The notes under the pieces were generated by a model. That model was given only the letters and a program-made list of their open reading frames with translations, was not told the origin of the DNA and searched no databases. Shown one piece after another: positions 43,795-53,829 of a stretch of 64,000 nt of DNA. Within the stretch, counting starts at the first letter, position 1; each line of letters begins with the position of its first letter. Source of the DNA: an uncultured delta proteobacterium (GTDB lineage Bacteria > Desulfobacterota > RBG-13-43-22); contig CAWJJC010000003.1 of the NCBI GenBank assembly GCA_963843145.1, positions 32,001 to 96,000 on the forward strand, written 5' to 3'. The position numbers and the translations under genes were made by a program.

Positions 43795-45525
43795 ATGCAT
43801 TCGGGGATAGAATTAAAAGATTGCTTTAAATCATACACTTATGATCAGGAAAAGGCGAATTCCCCCCGGGAAACCATCGAACGGGTGCGTGCCCGGTTAA
43901 AGGAGATTGACCTGGATATCCTGAAAGAAACGGTCCGGATCGATACGGGGCGTCTGGGAATCCCGATTTATATCAGCCGCTGCGGGTCGGACGCGGTACA
44001 GGTTATCGGTACCCAAAAGCAAATGGGGAAGGGGGGGACCGCGGAACAGTCCGAGGCCAGCGCTTTAATGGAACTGGTGGAGCGGTTCAGTTTTTTTTCC
44101 TTTATCCGGGAGAGGGATTTTATCATCGAGACCTGTCAAAACATCAAAGGACAGGCCATCTCCTTTGAATCCCTGGCCCGGTGCTTTTACGATCAATCTT
44201 CGGATCTGGAGCAAATCCGGTCGCTCTGGGAGACTATCCCCCTGGCTTGGGTCTGGGCCCGCAATTTGACCGCCCAGAAAGACGTTTTGGTACCCATCGA
44301 CTGGTTTTACCTCATCCATGAATACAACGGCCCTTCGGCCGGAAACACCCAGGAGGAGGCCATTCTTCAGGGGCTCTGCGAAGTCCTGGAACGCCATGTT
44401 TCCTCGGTGATCAGCCATGATTTCCTGCTCACGCCCTCCATCGATCCGGGATCGGTTACGGACCCGGCGGCCCGGGAACTCATCGAAAAATTTGACCGAC
44501 TAGGCATTAAATTATTTTTGAAGGATTTCAGCCTGGACACGGGGATTCCCACCGTAGGTTCCTTGGCGTATGACCCGACCACCTTCCCGGAAAAAAGCGA
44601 GATCGTTTTTACCGCCGGAACCACTCCCAACCCGGAGAAATCCCTGATTCGGGCGGTAACCGAGATCGCTCAATTAGCAGGCGACTTTGTCAACCGGACT
44701 CAATACCGTCCCACCCTGCCCAAGTTCCAGCGGCTTGAGGAGGCCCAATACGTAATGGCCAACCCCGGAACGGTCTCCATCCAGGAACTGCCGAATTTAA
44801 CCCAAGACAATATCCGGTTGGAAATCGAGGCCTGCGCCCAGGCCTTAAGCCGGGTGGGGCTGGAAGTTTATATCGTGAATACCACGCACCTACGGTTGGG
44901 AATACCGGCGGTCTACACGATCATCCCGGGGGCCCATTTTCGAGATCGTACCCGGCACACCGGTGTATTGTTTCATTTGTCCAAACTGGTTTCCATGATG
45001 GAAGACCCGGGGGAGGCGGTCCGGGAACTCCGGAAGATTCACCAGGTCTTTCCGAACCGATACGAAGTCAATTTCTTCATGGGGTTCGCCCTGGAGCGGA
45101 ATGAACAGCCGGAAGAGGCCCTGGTTCATCTACAGCAAGCCCTTGGCCAACATCCCAGGGATATTGATCTTAGCAGCATCCACTGTCATGTCGGCGTCTG
45201 TCTGAAGGACCTGGAACGTTTTGAGGAGGCTATCGAGTCCTTGAAAAAGGCCAAATCACACAATGATGCCCAAAAAGAGATTTATAACACCCTGGGTTTC
45301 TGCTATTTTAAAATCAAGGAACATCATCAGGCCATCGAGGCCTTTGAACGAGCCATTGAAATTGACCCCGGATCAGGGATCGATTACGCCAATATCGGGT
45401 CCAATTTGCGGGAATTGGGGCATATTCAGGAGGCCATCCATTGTTACCGGATCGCCCTGGAACTGGACCCGACCCTTGATTTTGCCCGAACGAATATTGA
45501 ACGGCTATCGGCAGGGGGGAGTTAA
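43795..45525 (+). CDS. YcaO-family protein with C-terminal TPR repeats
   Basis: YcaO ATP-binding motifs QMGKG, SALMELVERFS, NGPSAGN, GLCEVLERH, RAVTEIAQ; the last ~150 aa are TPRs (YNTLGFCYFK, YANIGSNLRELG). Confidence 0.9.
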   Translation: MHSGIELKDCFKSYTYDQEKANSPRETIERVRARLKEIDLDILKETVRIDTGRLGIPIYISRCGSDAVQVIGTQKQMGKGGTAEQSEASALMELVERFSFFSFIRERDFIIETCQNIKGQAISFESLARCFYDQSSDLEQIRSLWETIPLAWVWARNLTAQKDVLVPIDWFYLIHEYNGPSAGNTQEEAILQGLCEVLERHVSSVISHDFLLTPSIDPGSVTDPAARELIEKFDRLGIKLFLKDFSLDTGIPTVGSLAYDPTTFPEKSEIVFTAGTTPNPEKSLIRAVTEIAQLAGDFVNRTQYRPTLPKFQRLEEAQYVMANPGTVSIQELPNLTQDNIRLEIEACAQALSRVGLEVYIVNTTHLRLGIPAVYTIIPGAHFRDRTRHTGVLFHLSKLVSMMEDPGEAVRELRKIHQVFPNRYEVNFFMGFALERNEQPEEALVHLQQALGQHPRDIDLSSIHCHVGVCLKDLERFEEAIESLKKAKSHNDAQKEIYNTLGFCYFKIKEHHQAIEAFERAIEIDPGSGIDYANIGSNLRELGHIQEAIHCYRIALELDPTLDFARTNIERLSAGGS

Positions 45526-45628
45526 AGCCCCCCTTTGGCCACGCTACGGCAAGGAAGGCGGCGAGGGACATTAACACTCCCCCCTAAGACCCCGCTGACA
45601 TAAATTTACGCAAACGAAAGCCTTTTTT

Positions 45629-46319
45629 ATGTTCGATTATTTATCCGTTTTTGAAAAATACGAAGCCCTGGTCCAGGAGGTGGACCGGGCCATCGGCCGG
45701 GTTCAGGAGACCCATCCGGACCAGATCCGCTGTCACCGGGGTTGTTCGGACTGTTGTTCCGCGGTGTTCGATCTGACCCTGGTCGAGGCCTTTTATTTAA
45801 ATGCGCATTATCATTGGGAATTGCCCGAGGAGCAGCGTCTGGCTATCACCGAGCGCGCGGAGACGGCCGACCGGCAGTTCTATCAGATCAAGCACAAGCT
45901 GCACCGGATGCGGCTGCGGGAAGGGAAAACGGATCAGGAATTGCTTTGGTACCTGGCGGAGCAACGGGTCCGCTGTCCTTTGCTGAACACCGCGGAAGGC
46001 TGCGATCTCTATGCCTATCCGGCCGATCACCTGCCGGGTATACGGGATCCCCACGGCTATTCAGGGGGAACCCCGCATTTGCGAGCTTTCTGGATTTGAA
46101 TCCGGCCACTCTTATCCTACCATCCATCTCGACCGGATCAACGATCGGCTTTTTTCGCTCTCCCGTTATTTGCTGGGGGAAGCCGGGATAGCAGACCCGG
46201 ACCAGAAATTGAACGGGCTGCTGGTCCCGGCCTCCGAGGCCTTAATGACTGAATATCATGAGGATTATTTTCGTCTTTTAGCTAAAAGGAGCCTCCAGGA
46301 TGCCGTTGTCAACGCTTGA
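45629..46319 (+). CDS. YkgJ/CxxxCxxCC cysteine-cluster protein, with a +1 frameshift near 46019
   Basis: CHRGCSDCC, CPLL...CDLY; removing one C in gcctatccggccg restores YRPITCRVYG and joins the two track ORFs. Confidence 0.82.
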
Positions 46320-46650
46320 AGTGGAAACAAGGAAGAAAGCCATTTTTGACCAGATGTCGCCCCGGCAGCAAAAGGTGGTTCTGAGGAAGGGTTACGAACG
46401 CTGGGATCCTTTTGTCGAACCCAATGATCCCATCGATTTGCGCAAAGGTAAAATGAAGGCCACGGCCACTGAATTGGCCAAGGCTTTCTTAGTCAGTTGC
46501 TCGCCGGAGGCCTATAGTAATTCTTTCGGCCAAGGGGTTTGGGAGATCTGCCTGGGATTGGTCAATGACGATGAAAAGTATCGCGGGATGTACGAGTTTG
46601 CCGTCTGGCATGCGCAGCAATTGAAGGCCAGGAACAAAGAGGATCTATAA
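46300..46650 (+). CDS. Conserved-looking hypothetical protein
   Basis: aaaggag RBS; overlaps the previous gene; KKAIFDQMSPR...GYERWDPF.EPNDPIDLR. Confidence 0.75.
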   Translation: MPLSTLEVETRKKAIFDQMSPRQQKVVLRKGYERWDPFVEPNDPIDLRKGKMKATATELAKAFLVSCSPEAYSNSFGQGVWEICLGLVNDDEKYRGMYEFAVWHAQQLKARNKEDL

Positions 46651-46681
46651 ATTCGTAATTCGAAGCACGAAATCCGAAGCG

Positions 46682-47053
46682 TCAACTATTTTTGGCCAAC
46701 AACTTGATAAAAATAAAGGCCCCCCGGCCGGTTTTGTAGGTCCACTTCCCTCCCAGGACCCGGTGTTCGAAGGGGTTATAGCCTTCCAGATGCTTGATCG
46801 AGTAGTCTTGGTCCGCTTCCAGGGCCAGGGCCTTGTCCCAGTCGTCCTGGCTGGCTAAAACCAGGCCTTCCATCAGGGCCGCGCCCAGATTGTTCCCGGT
46901 GGAATCATACACCGCGATGGCTTCACAGGAGCAGGTCCATTTAAAAAAGTCGCCCTGGCTTCTGGACAATTTGGCCGGGGGCCGACCGAAAGCTTGCTGG
47001 CAGAAAGGGCAGCGGGGAATCTCGGATTCCCGTCGTCTGAATTGCTGGTGCAT
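46682..47053 (-). CDS. Hypothetical zinc-ribbon-like protein
   Basis: CPFC ... CSC pairs; sigma-70-like TTGACA/TATTCT upstream on the minus strand. Confidence 0.65.
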   Translation of the reverse strand: MHQQFRRRESEIPRCPFCQQAFGRPPAKLSRSQGDFFKWTCSCEAIAVYDSTGNNLGAALMEGLVLASQDDWDKALALEADQDYSIKHLEGYNPFEHRVLGGKWTYKTGRGAFIFIKLLAKNS

Positions 47054-47147
47054 AGTTTGCCTTTATTGTTTTGTGCTTAGTTGATAGAATAAGAACCGGC
47101 CCCGGCCTTGTCAATCCATTCCGGAAGGCCATAGAAAGGAACGTATT

Positions 47148-47789
47148 ATGAACAAACCCTTGGTGCTGACCCAGACCCAGAACACGGATGACTATATCGA
47201 GGAACTTAAGCTCGCCCTGGCCAAGAATATGGACTGCGGGACCACCCATTACAACCTGGCGGTGGCCCTGGTCAGCAAGGGTTTGTGGGAGGAAGCCAAA
47301 GGAGAATTCAAGGCCGCCATTGAAGGCAGTCCCTCCCTGGCCGAGGCCTATGTGGATTTAGGCGGTCTTTATTTCCAAGAGGGCGATGTGGAGAACTGCA
47401 TCCGTCTTAATCTTGAGGCCATTAAGGTGCGGCCCAAGTTTTCCGTTCCTTATGGAAACGTGGGCTTCGCCTACCTGCAAAAAGGAGACGTGGATGCGGC
47501 CATCGACATCCTGGAAAAAGCGATGGAAATCAACCCCCAATTTGTCCAGGCCCTGACAACCCTGGCCAGCGCGTACTTCATGAAAGGCCGGTTAGAGGAC
47601 AGTATTACGACCTCTTTGAAGGCCCTGGAACTGGCGCCAAATTTTGGGGTCGCCCATAACAACCTGGCCTTAGGCTACCTGGAAAAGGGGGAACACCGGA
47701 AAGCGATCCAGCACCTTGACCTGGCGGCGGCCAACGGGTTCGCCGTTGATCCTGAATTCCTTAAAGAACTGGAACCGTATCGGGAGTAG
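47148..47789 (+). CDS. Tetratricopeptide repeat protein
   Basis: About five TPRs (HYNLAVAL, AYVDLGGLY, YGNVGFAY, LTTLASAY, HNNLALGY); RBS aaagga. Confidence 0.92.
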   Translation: MNKPLVLTQTQNTDDYIEELKLALAKNMDCGTTHYNLAVALVSKGLWEEAKGEFKAAIEGSPSLAEAYVDLGGLYFQEGDVENCIRLNLEAIKVRPKFSVPYGNVGFAYLQKGDVDAAIDILEKAMEINPQFVQALTTLASAYFMKGRLEDSITTSLKALELAPNFGVAHNNLALGYLEKGEHRKAIQHLDLAAANGFAVDPEFLKELEPYRE

Positions 47790-47811
47790 TATGTAAATAG
47801 CCTCAGCCCTG

Positions 47812-47900
47812 GTCATTGCGAGCGGAGCGAAGCAATCCCCCGATTGAGCTTGGGGAGCGTTGTGAGCCAACTGGGGGATTGCTTCGTCACTTCGTTCCTC
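47812..47900. repeat. REP-like palindromic element
   Basis: gtcattgcgagcggagcgaagcaatcccc ... ggggattgcttcgtcacttcgttcctc; cgaagcaatcccc/ggggattgcttcg is a perfect IR. Confidence 0.7.
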
Positions 47901-47995
47901 TAATTTAATAACAGAAACGAGTTCTGAATGTCGAACGCCCAACATCGAATGTCGAAAGGGCGTTTCGTGATGGTACCCGGAGGAACAGACTGCTT

Positions 47996-49150
47996 TTGCC
48001 TTATTCCCCTCCCATCCGCTTCCTGGGGTCCTCCTTATTAGGAAAAATCCCGCTTACGGGACTCGATCCGCAGACGATCATTCCCCTGGAGCGCCCGGGG
48101 ACTGGAAAGGCCTCCGGGTTTCCCCTGGCCGTCTACTTCCAGGCCATCCAGCAGGTTATCGAGAAAGGGGAGTATGGGGGACTGCTGGGCGCATTAAGCA
48201 CCCGATTGGACCGTAAGGTAACCATCCAAGAAATAAAGGAAATCCTGCTTTTTTCCGAAAAGCACGGCAGCGATTACCACCCGGCCCGGGTCGAGGTGTG
48301 CCTCTCTGATCAAGTGATCCCCCTGGTCATGAACGTGGCCCTCACCGACAGGGGGCGGTTGGTTTTAGCCCACGAGTTTGGAGTGTTGGATGAACTCAAC
48401 CGGAAACCTGCCCGGTCTTACCTTCCCCAGGCGTATTTTTGGGATGAAGCGGAGGTCGCTTCCGTTCAAGAGGGCCAACTTTCTCTGCCAATGTACCTGG
48501 CCGAGTGGCTGGAGGGATTTCATGAATTCCACCTTTCCCGGGACCCGGCCGACGGTGAACAGAAGTTGGTCTTGTGGGATTCGGCCCGCTCCGACCATTA
48601 CCTGCCCGACCGGACTGTTAAAGATATCTTTAGAGAAATCGCTTATATAGTAACTTCTTATTATGACCTGGAGACCTTTGCCCAGATCCATCCCTGGCAT
48701 CTGGCGGCCGGGGATTTCATTGCCCGCCTAGCAGAGGACAGCGTCGAGGTCCGGCTGGTGGCTGCCCGGCAGTACGGACCCCTGATCGGTCCCCCGGATT
48801 TGCCCCGAGAGGAAGCCTTGCTGTTTTTCCTGCTGAATTTAAGTGTTCGGATCCGCTTGGATCGGGTGGACGGGGTAGGGGAGGTAGCCTGGGCGACGGA
48901 TCATTGCCTGCGCCCGATGCTTGAAGGCTTCTTCCTAGCCCTGAAGGAAAAATCAGGAAGAGGAGAAATACCCGACGAATTTTTGTCCTATTCCCGGGGC
49001 TACTTGAAATCCCAAACCTTGGAGGACCTGGAGGGGCTTTTCCCCGCCCTGGTGGACTCAGTCAATCCCTCCGCCCCGGACCTTCCGGTTATCCGGATGC
49101 ATTTGGATGAGCATATCAGGGATGTTTTTAGCCAGCTCAGCGCTTTGTGA
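47996..49150 (+). CDS. Hypothetical protein directly upstream of dsrA; possible divergent kinase/phosphotransferase-like fold
   Basis: 384-aa ORF with motif-like blocks EKHGSDYHPA, EWLEGFHEFHLS, PWHLAAGDF, RLDRVDGVG. The start is uncertain and the fold is a guess. Confidence 0.75.
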   Translation: MPYSPPIRFLGSSLLGKIPLTGLDPQTIIPLERPGTGKASGFPLAVYFQAIQQVIEKGEYGGLLGALSTRLDRKVTIQEIKEILLFSEKHGSDYHPARVEVCLSDQVIPLVMNVALTDRGRLVLAHEFGVLDELNRKPARSYLPQAYFWDEAEVASVQEGQLSLPMYLAEWLEGFHEFHLSRDPADGEQKLVLWDSARSDHYLPDRTVKDIFREIAYIVTSYYDLETFAQIHPWHLAAGDFIARLAEDSVEVRLVAARQYGPLIGPPDLPREEALLFFLLNLSVRIRLDRVDGVGEVAWATDHCLRPMLEGFFLALKEKSGRGEIPDEFLSYSRGYLKSQTLEDLEGLFPALVDSVNPSAPDLPVIRMHLDEHIRDVFSQLSAL

Positions 49151-49262
49151 TCCGGAATGGAAACCCCCCGTCTTTAAGGGGGGGGTTGGGTCTAATTCCG
49201 CCCTCTTTGGATGGAAAAGGGTATTCCACCATTGGTAACCGTTGCGCAATCTTGTTTTTTTG

Positions 49263-49292
49263 TTGACAAAAAGGGAGATATGGGACTATAGA
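49263..49292 (+). promoter_or_regulatory. Sigma-70-type promoter for the dsr operon
   Basis: TTGACA-N18-TATAGA about 250 bp upstream of dsrA. Confidence 0.55.
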
Positions 49293-49539
49293 ACGCAGTT
49301 ATATTTAAATGGCTAAATTCTTTTTCTTTTTCGGTCCCCTTTTTCTAGATAACAACATAACAACCGGTGAGTTACCTAATTATATGTTTTTGAAATCATG
49401 TGAAAAAGGAGACAATATAACGAGGGAACAAGGTAGATTTTTGAAAGGAGGTGAACCGGTTTCCATTCCATCTATAAAGGCAAGGCTATATTTCTTTTAT
49501 ATAAATTTGAAATAAAACCAAAAAAGGGAGGTTTAACGA

Positions 49540-50850
49540 ATGAAACACAAAACACCCCTGCTGGATCAGTTAGAAAGCGGGCCCTGGCCAAGCTTTGTTT
49601 CGGACATCAAGCGGGAGGCCGAAGCGCGGGCCAAGAACGAAAAAGGCGTGGATTTTCAGATCCCGGTCGAGGTTTGTGATGATATTCTGGGCGTGATGGA
49701 GCTGACTTACGAGCAGAAGGAGACCCACTGGAAACACGGCGGTATCGTCGGAGTTTTCGGGTATGGCGGCGGGGTTATCGGCCGTTATTGCGACCAGCCG
49801 GAGATGTTTCCCGGCGTGGCCCACTTCCACACCATTCGGGTCAATCAACCGGGCGGGAAATATTATTCCACAGACTATTTAAAGAAGTTATGCGACATGT
49901 GGGATAGGCGGGGCAGCGGGCTGACCAACATGCACGGTTCCACCGGGGACATCATCCTCTTGGGAACCTATACCCACCAACTGGAAGAGGTCTTTTATGA
50001 ATTAACCCATGACTTTAACCAGGACCTGGGCGGGTCGGGCTCTAACCTGCGGACCCCTTCGGATTGCCTGGGCATGTCCCGCTGTGAGTACGCCTGCTAC
50101 GATACCATGGCCCTGTGTTATGATCTGACCAATGAGTATCAGGATTTTCTACACCGGCCGGCCTTCCCCTATAAGTTCAAGTTTAAATTCGACGGTTGCC
50201 CCAATTGCTGCGTGGCCTCCATTGCCCGATCCGATATGTCCTTTATCGGGACCTGGCGGGACGACATCCGGATTGACCAGAAGGCGGTCCAGGCCTACGT
50301 GGGCGGGGAAATTCCGCCCAACGCCGGCGCCTTCAAGGGAAGGGATTGGGGGGCTTTTGATATCAACGCCGAGGTCATCGATCTCTGCCCCACCAAATGC
50401 ATGTCCTGGGACGGTAAGCAACTGAAAATCTACACCCCGGAATGCACCCGTTGCATGCATTGCATCAATGTCATGCCCCAGGCCCTGCGGATCGGTGAAG
50501 ACCGCGGCGTGGCCATCCTTTGCGGGGCCAAGGCCCCCATCCTGGACGGCGCCCAGATGGGCTCGCTGCTGGTGCCCTTCATGAAGGTGGAGCCGCCTTA
50601 TACCGAGATCAAAGATCTGATTGAGAAGATCTGGGATTGGTGGATGGAAGAAGGGAAAAACCGGGAACGACTGGGCGAGCTGATGAAACGTCAGGGTTTC
50701 CAAAAACTCCTGGAGGCCACCGGTCTGGAACCGATTCCCCAAATGGTCAAGGAACCCCGGACCAATCCCTATATTTTCTGGCGGGCGGATGAAGTTCCCG
50801 GCGGGTTTGAACGCGACATTAATGAATATCGCAAGCACCATCTGCGTTAG
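49540..50850 (+). CDS. dsrA: Dissimilatory sulfite reductase alpha subunit
   Basis: TPLLDQLESGPWPSFV, THWKHGGIVGVFGYGGGVIGRY, siroheme-[4Fe-4S] motif CLGMSRC...GCPNCC, CTRCMHC. Confidence 0.99.
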   Translation: MKHKTPLLDQLESGPWPSFVSDIKREAEARAKNEKGVDFQIPVEVCDDILGVMELTYEQKETHWKHGGIVGVFGYGGGVIGRYCDQPEMFPGVAHFHTIRVNQPGGKYYSTDYLKKLCDMWDRRGSGLTNMHGSTGDIILLGTYTHQLEEVFYELTHDFNQDLGGSGSNLRTPSDCLGMSRCEYACYDTMALCYDLTNEYQDFLHRPAFPYKFKFKFDGCPNCCVASIARSDMSFIGTWRDDIRIDQKAVQAYVGGEIPPNAGAFKGRDWGAFDINAEVIDLCPTKCMSWDGKQLKIYTPECTRCMHCINVMPQALRIGEDRGVAILCGAKAPILDGAQMGSLLVPFMKVEPPYTEIKDLIEKIWDWWMEEGKNRERLGELMKRQGFQKLLEATGLEPIPQMVKEPRTNPYIFWRADEVPGGFERDINEYRKHHLR

Positions 50851-50863
50851 GAGGTGAGCACTC

Positions 50864-52006
50864 ATGCCATACGATCCGAAAGAACCTTTAAAAGACAGAA
50901 TCACGGACCTGGGACCGAGACATTACGAAGAGTTTCTTCCCCAGGTGATCAAAAACAACTACGGTAAATGGGTTTCCCATGAAATCCTGGAGCCCGGGGT
51001 ACTGGTGCACCTGGCTGAAAACGGCGACAAGGTCTTCACCGTCCGCGTCGGCGGAGCCCGGCTGATGAGCATTTCCCATATCCGGGAGATCTGCGAAATC
51101 GCCGACAAGCACTGCGACGGGCATCTGCGCTTCACCACCCGGAACAACATCGAGTTCATGGTGGATGACCTGGCCAAGGTCGAACCCCTGAAAAAAGAAC
51201 TGCTCGGCCGCAAGCAGCCCGGCGGGGGCTTCAAGTTTCCCATCGGCGGGACCGGCGCCGGAATTACCAACATCATTCACACCCAGGGCTGGATCCACTG
51301 CCACACCCCGGCCACCGACGCCTCCGGCGTCGTCAAGGCGGTCATGGACGAACTGTTCGAGGAATTTACCCACATGCGCATGCCGGCCCAGGTGCGGATC
51401 TCCCTGGCCTGCTGCCTCAACATGTGCGGGGCCGTGCATTGCTCGGACATCGCCATCTTGGGCTATCACCGCAAGCCGCCCATGGTCGATTGGGAAGTGA
51501 TCGACAAGGTTTGCGAGATTCCTTTGGCTATTGCCGCCTGCCCGACCGCGGCCATTAAACCGGGCAAGTTCACCCGGGAAGACGGGACCACGGCCCAGGG
51601 CGTGCAGGTGAATGCCGACCGCTGCATGTTTTGCGGTAACTGCTACACCATGTGCCCGGCCCTGCCTTTGGCCGACGACGCGGGCGACGGCATCGTGATC
51701 ATGGCCGGCGGCAAGGTCTCCAACCGGATCAGCCCGCCCAAGTTCTCCAAGGTGGTGGTGGCTTTCTTGCCCAATACCCCGCCCCGCTGGAAGGAGACCG
51801 TTGACTGCATCAAAAATCTGGTGGAAGTCTACGCCAAGGACGCCCGAAAGTACGAGCGGGTGGGCGATTGGGCCGAGCGGATCGGCTGGGAGCGGTTCTT
51901 CGAAAAGACCGGCCTGCCTTTCACCCATCACCTGATCGATGACTTTCGGGATCCGGCTTATTACACCTGGAGGCAGACCAGTCAGTACCGCTTCACTAAT
52001 TCCTAA
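50864..52006 (+). CDS. dsrB: Dissimilatory sulfite reductase beta subunit
   Basis: [62 protein letters not shown]. Confidence 0.99.
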   Translation: MPYDPKEPLKDRITDLGPRHYEEFLPQVIKNNYGKWVSHEILEPGVLVHLAENGDKVFTVRVGGARLMSISHIREICEIADKHCDGHLRFTTRNNIEFMVDDLAKVEPLKKELLGRKQPGGGFKFPIGGTGAGITNIIHTQGWIHCHTPATDASGVVKAVMDELFEEFTHMRMPAQVRISLACCLNMCGAVHCSDIAILGYHRKPPMVDWEVIDKVCEIPLAIAACPTAAIKPGKFTREDGTTAQGVQVNADRCMFCGNCYTMCPALPLADDAGDGIVIMAGGKVSNRISPPKFSKVVVAFLPNTPPRWKETVDCIKNLVEVYAKDARKYERVGDWAERIGWERFFEKTGLPFTHHLIDDFRDPAYYTWRQTSQYRFTNS

Positions 52007-52027
52007 ACTTAACTCCATACCTAATTT

Positions 52028-52070
52028 CCCCTCCCTCTTCCTCCCCCCGGGAAAAGGAGGGGGGAGGGGA
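52028..52070 (+). repeat. GC-rich hairpin between dsrB and dsrD
   Basis: A C/T-rich arm cccctccctcttcct pairs with the G/A-rich arm aggaggggggaggga. Confidence 0.5.
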
Positions 52071-52129
52071 CAGCCAGCGGAGATAGTTTTTCCTTCCCTT
52101 GGGCTGGAAACCAAGAAATGAGGGACATC

Positions 52130-52366
52130 ATGGACGACGCCGAAGCCAAAAAGTACATTGCCGAAGAACTGGAAAAGAAGAAGGGTAAGTCGAAATTCTA
52201 TCTAAAGGATTTTTACGCGATGCTGCCCGACCGGAAGGCCAGGGAGGTGAACAAACTGGTCAATAATATGGTTATGGAAGGGGTCCTGGAGTATTGGTCC
52301 AGCGGGAGCACCACCTTGTACGGGTTGAAAGGTGCCGGAAAGCAGCAGTCCGCCGAAGGGGAGTAA
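52130..52366 (+). CDS. dsrD: Dissimilatory sulfite reductase D protein
   Basis: KSKFYLKDF, LEYWSSGSTTLYGL; located after dsrB. Confidence 0.96.
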   Translation: MDDAEAKKYIAEELEKKKGKSKFYLKDFYAMLPDRKAREVNKLVNNMVMEGVLEYWSSGSTTLYGLKGAGKQQSAEGE

Positions 52367-52422
52367 TCGGGTCTTTCCGAAAACCTGAAATCCGTTGATC
52401 GGTTTTTTTTGCAGTTAAGACA

Positions 52423-53829
52423 ATGAATTCGCCCCGATTGGTAATGGCCGCCCTCCGTGGGGGAGCCGGGAAGACCGTGCTGACCATGGGCCTTCTGGCC
52501 GCCTGGCACGATCGGGGGATCAAGGTAGTACCTTTTAAGAAGGGTCCGGATTATATCGACGCCGGGTGGCTGGCCAAGGCGGCCGGCCACCCCTGCTATA
52601 ATCTGGACCCTTTTTTAATGGGGAAAAAGACCCTGGTGGCTTCATTCAAAAAAAGGTTCCTGGAAGGGGAGCTGGCCTTGATTGAAGGCAACCGGGGGGT
52701 TTTCGATGGGATCGACGCCCAGGGCACCTACAGCACGGCCCAGTTGGCCAAGTGGCTCAAGGCCCCGGTGGTCCTGATCCTCGACTGTACCAAGGCCACC
52801 CGGACCGTGGGGGCCATGGTTTTAGGCTGCCTGGCCTTTGATCCCGACCTACCCCTTAAAGGGGTAATTTTAAACCATATCGTCCGCAGCCGGCACGAGG
52901 CGGTGATCCGCAGGACCATTGAACAGATCTGCGACCTTCCCATTCTAGGGGTGATCCCCCGGATGGGCCCCGGCCGTCTGCCTGAAAGGCATCTGGGTCT
53001 GGTGCCTTTTCAAGAACACCCCGAGGTGGAGCAGACCGTACAATTCACCCGGGGAATGGCTGAAAAATACCTGGATTTGACCGGCTTGCAGGCCCTGGCC
53101 GGCCAGGCGCCACCGTTGCTTTCGGAGGCCTCCCCTTGGACTGAAAAGGGTCGGAAGGGTAGGGAAGGCCGTCCCCGGATCGGGGTGATTCAGGATACGG
53201 CTTTTCAGTTCTACTACCCGGAAAATCTGGAGGCTTTAGAAAACGCCGGGGCCGAGTTGGTTTTTCTGAACGCCCTTTCCGGGCAATTTCCGCCGGGCCT
53301 GCAAGCCCTGTACATCGGCGGCGGTTTCCCCGAAACCCAGGCCCCGCAGCTTTCCCAAAATGAACCTTTTCGACGAGACCTGGCCGCGGCCATCGAAGCC
53401 GGTCTCCCGGTTTATGCCGAGTGCGGCGGTTTGATGTACCTGGGGAAAACGCTGGTTTATCGGGGTGACGCCTTTCCCATGGTGGGGGTTTTTCCGTTTA
53501 CCTTTGGTTTGGAAAGAAAGCCCCAGGGGCATGGCTATACTCGGATCAAGGTGGTGGAAACCAATCCCTATTTCCCGGTGGGGACGACCTTGAAGGGCCA
53601 TGAATTCCATTATTCCCGGGTGATCGAGGGCGATTTGAAGGTCTGGAAAATGGCTTTTCAGATGACCAAGGGGGAGGGCTTGGATGGCCGCCGGGATGGG
53701 GTGGTCTATAAGAATACCCTGGCCACCTATACCCATCTCCATGCTCTGGGAAGTCCGGAATGGGCCCGGGGGTTGGTAGCCCGGGCCGGGGAAACCCGGA
53801 GGAAGAAAAGCGGGAGAGCCCGCAATTGA
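52423..53829 (+). CDS. dsrN: Siroheme amidase (cobyrinate a,c-diamide synthase family) DsrN
   Basis: GGAGKT, FKKGPDYID, IEGNRG, PERHLGL, AFQFYYPEN, YAECGGLMYL, GHEFHYS; inside the dsr cluster. Confidence 0.93.
   Translation: MNSPRLVMAALRGGAGKTVLTMGLLAAWHDRGIKVVPFKKGPDYIDAGWLAKAAGHPCYNLDPFLMGKKTLVASFKKRFLEGELALIEGNRGVFDGIDAQGTYSTAQLAKWLKAPVVLILDCTKATRTVGAMVLGCLAFDPDLPLKGVILNHIVRSRHEAVIRRTIEQICDLPILGVIPRMGPGRLPERHLGLVPFQEHPEVEQTVQFTRGMAEKYLDLTGLQALAGQAPPLLSEASPWTEKGRKGREGRPRIGVIQDTAFQFYYPENLEALENAGAELVFLNALSGQFPPGLQALYIGGGFPETQAPQLSQNEPFRRDLAAAIEAGLPVYAECGGLMYLGKTLVYRGDAFPMVGVFPFTFGLERKPQGHGYTRIKVVETNPYFPVGTTLKGHEFHYSRVIEGDLKVWKMAFQMTKGEGLDGRRDGVVYKNTLATYTHLHALGSPEWARGLVARAGETRRKKSGRARN

Noticed and set aside
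49309-49515. 68-aa ORF upstream of dsrA
   Set aside because: AT-rich, no RBS at its start and atypical composition; more plausibly leader sequence, though a short peptide cannot be excluded.
50888-52114. 408-aa minus-strand ORF
   Set aside because: Antisense shadow of dsrB caused by GC-rich codon bias. The same applies to the long antisense ORFs over the GAPDH-like gene, dsrA, dsrK, dsrO and livG.
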